Counted from the first letter of the stretch, positions 1 through 6,221 are shown. The stretch is 11,944 bases of DNA from Candidatus Thalassarchaeaceae archaeon (GCA_030747675.1 JASLKH010000082.1:1-11944), one strand, 5' to 3'. The notes: a model not told the origin generated them from the sequence alone. Program-made: numbers and translations.

Positions 1-47
1 GTTGTGGGACTCATCTGTTGTTGAAGTATCTTCTCCCGTTCACAAAA

Positions 48-138
48 ATACAGAGGGGCCCCCTCTGTATCGACGGGTGTACGAAGGGTACCGACGCGTG
101 AGTTTTCCATCAGAGGGTATACAGAGGGTTGATGGAAA
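48..138. repeat. Cluster of inverted and direct repeats built on ATACAGAGGG
   Basis: ATACAGAGGGG-c-CCCCTCTGTAT (48-70) is a perfect 11-bp inverted repeat with a 1-nt spacer. ATACAGAGGG recurs at 119-128. CAGAGGGT occurs at 111-118 and 122-129 (11-bp period). TTTCCATCA (104-112) and TGATGGAAA (130-138) form a 9-bp inverted repeat around the tandem copy. Confidence 0.8.
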
Positions 139-169
139 GATTGAAGACTCATTTCATACAGCAATTACT

Positions 170-925
170 ATGACGCTCTCCCCTGATGGCAAATGGATGT
201 GGGACGGGTCCAACTGGATACCTGCCCCCCCTCAAGAAGCCATTAAAGAATTTAGTGAGAATCCTGTGGTGGAGGCTCAGCCTGAACCTACGGCTGTGCT
301 TCCGGCTGGTATGCCTCCTCCGCTCGCATTTCACGGGCGGCCTTATCCCACGACTATTGTGGGTGCATCTCTAAGACGGCCCACTCTGAGTGTATTTATC
401 CAACTAGCCGGTTTGATATTAGTTGTACTGCCAATTCTTTATTTCATATACAGTAGTATATTTTGGGGATATGGTGATGAAGATGGAACACCTCTTTTCT
501 TCGTCGGCGTTATTGTATTGGCTATTGGTTGGTTTGTAGGTTGGCGAGGGGATTCACTTCGGTTGATTAGGGCCGCTGAGATTGAGTTCGCATCGGGGAA
601 TATTGAAAAAGCGATGAAATATTACAAGAAGGCTGGCAATCTTGAAAAGTTAAGAGAATGTGCTGAATTGTTGGAACAGCAGCAATCACATCAAATTACA
701 TCGAGTCAACAACCTGAAATTTATTCCCAACATGAGGCAATCTCGATGAGCGATAGTGTAGTTTCTGGAGATGTACACTATCATCTCAATCCGCCACAAG
801 CCGCAGGTGCTGTTCATTCCGATGAACCTCAGGTTTCTCCTTTGATGAAAATAGGTAGAATCATTGCCATCTTCATAACTATAACAGCTGCCGTACTAAA
901 AATCGGCGTTGAGATAATGACTTGA
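170..925 (+). CDS. Hypothetical membrane protein (about 251 aa): N-terminal LSPDGKWMWDGSNWIPAPP motif, Pro-rich linker, two TM helices, short TPR-like helical hairpin, Gln-rich linker, SDSVVSGDV motif, C-terminal hydrophobic helix
   Basis: Lies within the 2..925 ORF. The ATG at 170 (MTLSPDG...) is preferred because the upstream 56 codons run through the palindrome cluster and look non-coding. Hydrophobic stretches are LSVFIQLAGLILVVLPILYFIYSSIFWG and PLFFVGVIVLAIGWFVGW. Confidence 0.65.
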   Translation: MTLSPDGKWMWDGSNWIPAPPQEAIKEFSENPVVEAQPEPTAVLPAGMPPPLAFHGRPYPTTIVGASLRRPTLSVFIQLAGLILVVLPILYFIYSSIFWGYGDEDGTPLFFVGVIVLAIGWFVGWRGDSLRLIRAAEIEFASGNIEKAMKYYKKAGNLEKLRECAELLEQQQSHQITSSQQPEIYSQHEAISMSDSVVSGDVHYHLNPPQAAGAVHSDEPQVSPLMKIGRIIAIFITITAAVLKIGVEIMT

Positions 926-971
926 AAATGCAGAGTGATACAAAATAAATTACAAAATTATACATTTTTGG

Positions 972-1058
972 TGGTGCAGGGGGCAGGATTTGAACCTGCG
1001 AACCACTGAGGACTGGGACCTAAACCCAGCGCCGTTGACCAAGCTTGGCAACCCCTGC
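972..1058 (-). tRNA. trnL-TAG: tRNA-Leu (anticodon TAG), 87 nt, encoded 3' CCA, long variable arm, no intron
   Basis: The reverse complement reads GCAGGGG-TTGCCAAGCTTGGTCAACGGCG-CTGGG-TT-TAG-GT-CCCAG-TCCTCAGTGGTTC-GCAGG-TTCAAAT-CCTGC-CCCCTGC-A-CCA. Acceptor stem, anticodon stem and T-arm all pair. Confidence 0.98.
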
Positions 1059-1152
1059 TTAGTTGCCGCTGTTCAACTTTAGGTCAAGAACATGGCGGCG
1101 AGCCTTTGACAAAAGGCAACGGTCAAATGCTCTCGATATTGGGGGGCCGATT

Positions 1153-2157
1153 ATGTCCCGAATTGCAGTCCTAGGACTTGGCAATTGGGGAACGGCTCTC
1201 GCACGCTCATGGGTGGAAGATTCTCACAATGTAATTGGATGGACCATTGAAGAGGAAGTTTATGCTTCAATTCTCGAAAAAGGAGAGAATACGAAATATT
1301 TGTCTGGATTTGATCTAAACATTGAGGTTACAATGAATTTAGCCGAGGCAATTGATGAAAGTGAATTACTAGTCCTCTCATTACCTAGTAGCGCAATTCT
1401 CAATGTTGTCGAACAAATGATTCCTCACCTTCGTCCATCACATGTCCTATTGGATTTAGCAAAGGGATTAGCACCTGATGAAGAAGAAGGATCTGGACTT
1501 ATTTCGGAAGCAATTGAAGCGAAATTAAACGCGGCAGGTCTTTCCAACCCAGTTGCAGTACTTACTGGACCCACAATTGCTCCAGAAGTTGCAAGAGGAG
1601 TTGTGACAACTGCAATGGTTGCTGGACATGATATATCGGTATCTAGGCGAATTTGTGATCGATTATCTACGGAATCAATTGTGCTAGTTCCTTCAGAGGA
1701 TGCAACTGGTTGTGAATTATGGGGTGCATACAAAAATACTGTAGCATTAGTTTGCGGTGTTGTCGATGGATTAAGAGATAGCATCGGTGGCGACAACCTC
1801 AAAGCCGCATTGGTAACTGTTGGATTTGCAGAAGGGCAGCGACTGTTACCCTTGATGGGGGCGTTACCAGATACTGCTTTTGGACCCGCTGGATTGGGAG
1901 ATTTGTATGTCACCAGTACTAGCCCTAGATCACGTAACCGCACCCTTGGTGAGATGTTGGGCAAAGGGAAAACGTTGGATGAGGCCATGGGTGGTATGGT
2001 CATGGTAGCTGAAGGGGTTCGGGCAGCAAGAATGTTTGAAGAAAAAGCAAGAGAAGTCGGATGTAGAGTGCCCTTCCTAAACGCTCTTGGTGCTTTACTT
2101 GATGGGCGTATTTCTGCAGAAGATTGCGTTCGTTCAATAGCCGAATCACTTGTGTGA
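1153..2157 (+). CDS. gpsA: NAD(P)H-dependent glycerol-3-phosphate dehydrogenase (334 aa)
   Basis: Rossmann motif IAVLGLGNWGTALA directly follows the ATG at 1153. LAKG, TGPTIAPEV, the catalytic-Lys region GAYKNTVAL, GLGDLYVTSTSPRSRNRTLG and VAEGV all match GpsA family motifs. The 1063 start in the ORF track overlaps the tRNA promoter region and is rejected. Confidence 0.95.
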   Translation: MSRIAVLGLGNWGTALARSWVEDSHNVIGWTIEEEVYASILEKGENTKYLSGFDLNIEVTMNLAEAIDESELLVLSLPSSAILNVVEQMIPHLRPSHVLLDLAKGLAPDEEEGSGLISEAIEAKLNAAGLSNPVAVLTGPTIAPEVARGVVTTAMVAGHDISVSRRICDRLSTESIVLVPSEDATGCELWGAYKNTVALVCGVVDGLRDSIGGDNLKAALVTVGFAEGQRLLPLMGALPDTAFGPAGLGDLYVTSTSPRSRNRTLGEMLGKGKTLDEAMGGMVMVAEGVRAARMFEEKAREVGCRVPFLNALGALLDGRISAEDCVRSIAESLV

Positions 2158-2190
2158 AAGTCTCAAGTCCCTTGACCTGCTGGGCTGTAC

Positions 2191-2415
2191 ATGGCCTTTG
2201 AGGATTTAACTGAATTCGAGACTCGGCTTTTTGAGTGGATTAGGCAATCAGATTTTGAGGAAGTCCCTTGGAAAGCAAGTCGTGCAGCCAAGGCATTCAA
2301 AGTGAAAACTGAAGAAATAAATGAGGCGTTGGCCGCACTAACAAGTAAAGTTCCCAATCACATTTACGTGCATTACGAAGATGGTGCAATACGAATCAGT
2401 GCAGACCATCCGTGA
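2191..2415 (+). CDS. Small hypothetical protein (74 aa), predicted winged helix-turn-helix
   Basis: Clean ATG-TGA ORF filling the gap after gpsA. The pattern is helix (EFETRLFEWIRQS), HTH-like segment (WKASRAAKAFKVKTEEINEALAAL), then beta hairpin (HIYVHYEDGAIRISAD). Confidence 0.7.
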   Translation: MAFEDLTEFETRLFEWIRQSDFEEVPWKASRAAKAFKVKTEEINEALAALTSKVPNHIYVHYEDGAIRISADHP

Positions 2416-2421
2416 TTATCA

Positions 2422-3342
2422 TTACTCTATTTCAACTGTTGAGGTGCCCTTCATGATGACTCCTTCAAAATGAATTGAGATTTCCAAAATGCATGAGCCA
2501 TTGCAAATGTCAACCCCATTCTCATAAATTGAAATTTTTTCTCCAGGACTCCAATTCGTATTATTATCAGAGATAATACATGGGGATTCTTGAATTAATG
2601 AAGGGTTATTTAGAGCCATAATTGGTTCACCCCCTAACTGAGCAATCATTACTGTAATATGGCGTGGTTCATCTGCATTATTGTAATAATTTAGCAATTG
2701 AATTTTGAATGTCGAATTCCCATCATTGAGAATATAAATTTGATTCTTTGCTTGAACACGATGAGTGGATATGTCATAATCATACCAATCTAATTTTTCC
2801 TCAGAGTTCTCATCAAAGCTCCCATTCGGAACATTGGTTAAATCACTAAATTCAACATCATTTACAACGAGTCCCAACACATTGTCCCCCAAGAAAATAT
2901 TTGTTGATGAGAATTTCATTGAGTAATTTGATGATTCAGTTTCAAGCATCGAAGAAATATCAAGATACGTGTAAGTATCTTCAGATGTTGCATCAACGAG
3001 TAAAGTAAAGGTTTGTCCATCTGCATTCAATTTAGTTTCAATATTTCCATAACCTTGAGAAATGCTTGTGAGGCCACCAGTTGTGCAACCATATTCACCA
3101 CTTTGATCACTTAGGGTCATAGTAGTAAATGCCCAATCGAGTTCGTCTTTACCTGAATCAAATATCAATGAAAACAACTCATCTTCGGTTGAATTTGATG
3201 TTTCTAATTCTCCATCTGTTGCTGAGTATGTGTTATTTGTTCCCACTTCCGATTCATAGGAGGCCACTAGATAATACCAATATCCGCCTCCCAATATTGT
3301 GGCTACAATTACCAAACTGAGAATTCGTTTCCATACTACCAT
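2422..3342 (-). CDS. Membrane-anchored extracellular protein with an HmuY-like (heme-binding family) domain at about aa 111-236, inserted in a Cys-stabilised beta-rich surface domain
   Basis: Single N-terminal TM (RILSLVIVATILGGGYWYY). VDATSEDTYTYLDIS, YSMKFSSTNI, WYDYDISTHRVQAKNQIYIL and TFKIQLLNYYNNADEPRHITVMIAQL match the HmuY family pattern as I recall it. SD GAGGT overlaps the stop of the upstream permease. Confidence 0.8.
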   Translation of the reverse strand: MVVWKRILSLVIVATILGGGYWYYLVASYESEVGTNNTYSATDGELETSNSTEDELFSLIFDSGKDELDWAFTTMTLSDQSGEYGCTTGGLTSISQGYGNIETKLNADGQTFTLLVDATSEDTYTYLDISSMLETESSNYSMKFSSTNIFLGDNVLGLVVNDVEFSDLTNVPNGSFDENSEEKLDWYDYDISTHRVQAKNQIYILNDGNSTFKIQLLNYYNNADEPRHITVMIAQLGGEPIMALNNPSLIQESPCIISDNNTNWSPGEKISIYENGVDICNGSCILEISIHFEGVIMKGTSTVEIE

Positions 3343-3351
3343 ATCAATACC

Positions 3352-4245
3352 TCATTTTTTTGTGTAAAAAGGGATTAATTCTCTCCAACGTGCCCTAGGT
3401 GAATGTGTTTCACTATCCATGAATCTATGCCGAATAACAAGGGATATCTGATCTATAACGACCACGGCCACGTATATGACAAGGATGAGAGCAAAGGCCC
3501 GATCATAGCGTGAATAAACACCCAAATAATTGTTAAGATACCACCCGATTCCCCCCGCACCAACTAACCCTATTACAGAACCATGTCGGATATTGTATTC
3601 AAACATGAATAAAATTTGGCTTAATATAGCATTACTTGCTTCAGGTAATGCAAAGAAACGCGCAACTTGCCACCGGGGTAAACCCATGGCCCTAGCAGCT
3701 TCCAAGGGGTAGCGGCTGACACCTTCTAGTGCCTCATACTGTAATTTCCCCAGATAACCCACTGTATACAACGTCATTGCTAATACACCTGCAAGTGGCC
3801 CTGGTCCAAACATAATGACAAATAAAAGAGCCCAAACAAGAGAGGGGAGTACGCGCAGCCCTGCAAGAATATTACGAGTCAATGTTGAAAGCAAAAGTGG
3901 TGACAAATTATGAGCTGCCATCATAGATAATGGTAGAGAGATTAACATTCCAATTAACGTGGCTAGGAAGGCAATTTCAATTGTTTCCGATAGACCATGA
4001 ACTGCAGGACTACAAGCCCAATCTGCATCCCAATTACAATCAGTTTGCGTCCAAGTAGCTCGTTCTGTAATTACACTGAAATCTGGAGGGAACATTTCAG
4101 ACCAAAGTATTGTCGCATTTTCCCATCCTCCATGTAAATTATATAAATTGAGGCCCAAATGACTTGAAATCAAAAGTGCAAGAATGAATACCCCTGCATA
4201 TACAATAATACTGGGCCTTTTTTTCAACAATTGGTGGAATTTCAA
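3352..4245 (-). CDS. phnE: ABC transporter permease, PhnE/PtxC family (substrate probably not phosphonate; see findings)
   Basis: ETIEIAFLATLIG...LPLSMMAAHNL, LRVLPSLVWALLFVIMFGPGPLAGVLA, GKLQYEALEGV..PLEAARAMG (EAA loop), FEYNIRHGSVIGLVGAGGIG. The TTG start overlaps the ATPase stop (TTGA) and has a strong SD GGAGGTGA at 4250-4257. Confidence 0.92.
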   Translation of the reverse strand: MKFHQLLKKRPSIIVYAGVFILALLISSHLGLNLYNLHGGWENATILWSEMFPPDFSVITERATWTQTDCNWDADWACSPAVHGLSETIEIAFLATLIGMLISLPLSMMAAHNLSPLLLSTLTRNILAGLRVLPSLVWALLFVIMFGPGPLAGVLAMTLYTVGYLGKLQYEALEGVSRYPLEAARAMGLPRWQVARFFALPEASNAILSQILFMFEYNIRHGSVIGLVGAGGIGWYLNNYLGVYSRYDRAFALILVIYVAVVVIDQISLVIRHRFMDSETHSPRARWRELIPFYTKK

Positions 4246-4907
4246 ATATTCACCTCCTCTAAACGAGAACCTTTGATTTGTAAAATTCGATCACAAAATG
4301 TACTGGCCCGCACTGGATTATGATCAACGACTATAATTGCAACATTCCCCTCCTTTGCTAAACTTTGGATTAATTTTACAATTCCCTTTGCTGTGTCGGC
4401 GTCTAATTCCCCCAAACACTCATCGGCAAGAAGTAAAGTTGGTTTCTGGACCATTGAGCGGGCAATTGCAACTCTTCTTTGTTGGCCACCAGATAATTCA
4501 CTAATTGGATCCAATACCTTTTCACTGAGATCAACAGCCGCTATCGCTTCCCTTGAAGCCTCTCTCAATTCATGACCAGGGAGTGATAGAAGCGATTGCC
4601 ACAATGGTGCATTTGGTAAGCCACCCATGATTACATTGTAGCCAACTGTTTGATGAGTGATTAAACCAAGACGTTGGGGTATGTAACCAATTTCTCCTCT
4701 CTCCAATGGGGCATCTACATCTCCCTCCAAAGGTGGAATTAAATTCGCAATAGTACGAAGAAGTGTTGTTTTGCCAATCCCTGATCGTCCAATAATTCCT
4801 ACAATTTCGCCAGATTGGACTTCTAAATTAACTGATTTGAGCAAGGGCTCATCTTTTGTGAAGCCAATATCTGCTGAACGGATGCTAAGGACTGAATCCG
4901 CCATCAT
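4242..4907 (-). CDS. phnC: ABC transporter ATP-binding protein, PhnC/PtxA family
   Basis: Walker A GRSGIGKT, Q-loop IGYIPQ, PhnC-like NVIMGGL..PLWQSLLSL, signature LSGGQQRRVAIAR, Walker B LLLADE, H-loop VVDH. The start may be 4907 or 4904. Confidence 0.9.
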   Translation of the reverse strand: MMADSVLSIRSADIGFTKDEPLLKSVNLEVQSGEIVGIIGRSGIGKTTLLRTIANLIPPLEGDVDAPLERGEIGYIPQRLGLITHQTVGYNVIMGGLPNAPLWQSLLSLPGHELREASREAIAAVDLSEKVLDPISELSGGQQRRVAIARSMVQKPTLLLADECLGELDADTAKGIVKLIQSLAKEGNVAIIVVDHNPVRASTFCDRILQIKGSRLEEVNI

Positions 4908-4939
4908 ATCTCCGAATCCCTTTTCCTTCTTGAAACGTA

Positions 4940-5008
4940 AGCACAGCCCAGCCCAAATTCCAAGTCGAGGCGTGACGTGGAATTTGGGCTAGGCCGGCGT
5001 TTTGTGCT
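4940..5008 (-). terminator. Long intergenic stem-loop between the binding-protein and ATPase genes (partial terminator or mRNA stabiliser)
   Basis: A perfect 13-bp stem AGCCCAAATTCCA (4950-4962) / TGGAATTTGGGCT (4978-4990) with a 15-nt loop. An outer pairing AGCACA (4940-4945) / TGTGCT (5003-5008) starts 6 nt after the stop codon at 5014. Confidence 0.6.
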
Positions 5009-5013
5009 AATCT

Positions 5014-6096
5014 CTATTCATTATATTTATCTTCGAAATACTCATTTATTCCAGGGATGTTTCCTATTGCATCACTGTATGACCCTAGGTGATTCGCACT
5101 AGTTACAGCGGTAACTGCTCCATCATTCTCGAGGACATTCTTGAGAATTTCACCACCACAAGTATTCTGTGGGATCTCGGCAACTTGGTGTGTGCCCATG
5201 TTATAGCAACCAGTATAATTAGTTCCTTGCATAGGGTAATCTTCAACCCACATTTCACTACTCATTGCTAGCATTGCAGCAACAAATGCATCACGCTTCT
5301 CATCGTCAATTTCGTCAGGGTTAATCATAACTGGATGACTTGGAACTAAACCGAAATGAGGTTCAAGAATACGATATTCATCCCGATCAAGACACCATTC
5401 ATTACCATCACAATGGTCTTCATAAGAGGATGTTTTAGCAAAAGCAACATCGCCCACACCTGCAGTCATACACTCAAAAGCACCATCATAACCATAATAT
5501 TGTGCTCCCTTCTCAGGTATAGTTGCTGTATCAAAATGGTTCTCAATAGTAGTTCTAAGAGATTCAATATCATCACTACTGCCATCTACTTGAACCAGAC
5601 CTTCGCCAATCATGTAACCCATTGGCATTAACATTCCTGCTGATTTAAGCCAACCTGTGTGGCATGAATTATTACCTTCGAGTTGATCTAGTGATGTAAT
5701 GTTAGAACTATTCTTCACCCATGCAGCTGCCGTGTAGTAAGTACTACCATCAGATTTGGTATCCGCAAGTATTGCTTCCAAACCATGGGACTTCCATGCC
5801 ACAAATGCAGCGCCACCATCTAAAAATGCAGCATCTGCATGACCAAAGCGAACCGCTTCAATTGCCGCATTAGAACTTGAAATTGGATAAATTTCCACAT
5901 CATATCCCGAATGCATTTCGATGTAATCTGCCATCAACTGTGGATTGGAATCAGGATTTTCATAGTCATCTTTCACAGTATAAGCAAGGCGTATTACATC
6001 CTCATCTTTTTCTTCATCGTCGCCAAGGCATCCTGCCAAAGCGGTTGTCATCAATAGACATACTACTAGTGCGTTTTTCAAAAAAATATTTTTCAT
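5014..6096 (-). CDS. Lipoprotein substrate-binding protein of the PhnD/transferrin (PBP2) superfamily; single transferrin-lobe-like, predicted Fe3+/carbonate binding
   Basis: Lipobox LAGC (Cys23). Motifs ADAAFLDGG, TYYTAAAWVK, LDQLEGNNSCHTGWLKSAG..MPMG, YYGYDGAFECM..GVGDVAFAK, DRDEYRIL and VPSHPV are colinear with transferrin N-lobe motifs. The PhnD STSG motif is absent. SD GGAGA lies at 6106-6110. Confidence 0.85.
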   Translation of the reverse strand: MKNIFLKNALVVCLLMTTALAGCLGDDEEKDEDVIRLAYTVKDDYENPDSNPQLMADYIEMHSGYDVEIYPISSSNAAIEAVRFGHADAAFLDGGAAFVAWKSHGLEAILADTKSDGSTYYTAAAWVKNSSNITSLDQLEGNNSCHTGWLKSAGMLMPMGYMIGEGLVQVDGSSDDIESLRTTIENHFDTATIPEKGAQYYGYDGAFECMTAGVGDVAFAKTSSYEDHCDGNEWCLDRDEYRILEPHFGLVPSHPVMINPDEIDDEKRDAFVAAMLAMSSEMWVEDYPMQGTNYTGCYNMGTHQVAEIPQNTCGGEILKNVLENDGAVTAVTSANHLGSYSDAIGNIPGINEYFEDKYNE

Positions 6097-6110
6097 TGCT
6101 TTTCATCTCC

Positions 6111-6199
6111 GGGTTTAAGGCACCCTTAAACCCAGCGCGGGATACATTTTATCTATAATGTTTAGGGTGCCTTGAATTCGTTTTAGGTTGCCCTAAAAC
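6111..6199 (-). promoter_or_regulatory. Promoter of the ABC operon with three DtxR/IdeR/SirR-type palindromic operator boxes
   Basis: Box A GGGTTTAAGG-cac-CCTTAAACCC (6111-6133, perfect 10-bp IR). Box B TTTAGG-gtgc-CTTGAA (6161-6176). Box C GTTTTAGG-ttgc-CCTAAAAC (6180-6199, perfect 8-bp IR). A TATA-like TTATAG on the minus strand (6158-6153) lies between A and B. Confidence 0.7.
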
Positions 6200-6221
6200 C
6201 CATTTCCCAATGGGTTTAGGG

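Noticed and set aside
2-169. N-terminal 56-codon extension of ORF 2..925
   Set aside because: It starts at a TTG at the window edge and runs through the palindrome cluster. The recognisable protein motif begins at the ATG at 170.
972-1058. tRNA-Leu as a proven prophage or island attachment site
   Set aside because: No integrase and no duplicated tRNA 3' fragment are visible in the window. It is kept only as a possibility.
1063-1152. Extended start of gpsA
   Set aside because: It would begin 5 nt from the divergent tRNA 5' end. GpsA proteins begin right before the Rossmann motif, matching the ATG at 1153.
1425-2003. 192-aa minus-strand ORF
   Set aside because: It is an antisense shadow of gpsA with no recognisable motifs.
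2416-2424. Triple in-frame stop TAA-TGA-TAA after the HmuY-like gene
   Set aside because: Real, but most simply an AT-rich junction of two convergent genes. There is no sign of recoding.
1153-6096. Idea that gpsA plus phnCDE form a glycerol-phosphate or phosphate-ester uptake module
   Set aside because: The genes are on opposite strands and separately promoted. The binding protein lacks the STSG oxyanion motif and has iron ligands instead.
3352-6096. Literal annotation as a phosphonate/phosphite transporter (phnDCE/ptxABC)
   Set aside because: The family assignment holds for the ATPase and permease only. The SBP motifs, the HmuY-like neighbour and the DtxR-type boxes argue for iron, and there are no phn/ptx catabolic genes in the window. 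It is not formally excluded without experiment.
5014-6096. Eukaryotic contamination or FbpA/FutA identity as an explanation for the transferrin motifs
   Set aside because: The gene is intronless, has a prokaryotic lipobox and SD, and is embedded in an archaeal operon. FbpA/FutA proteins lack the SCHTG and GDVAF motifs.
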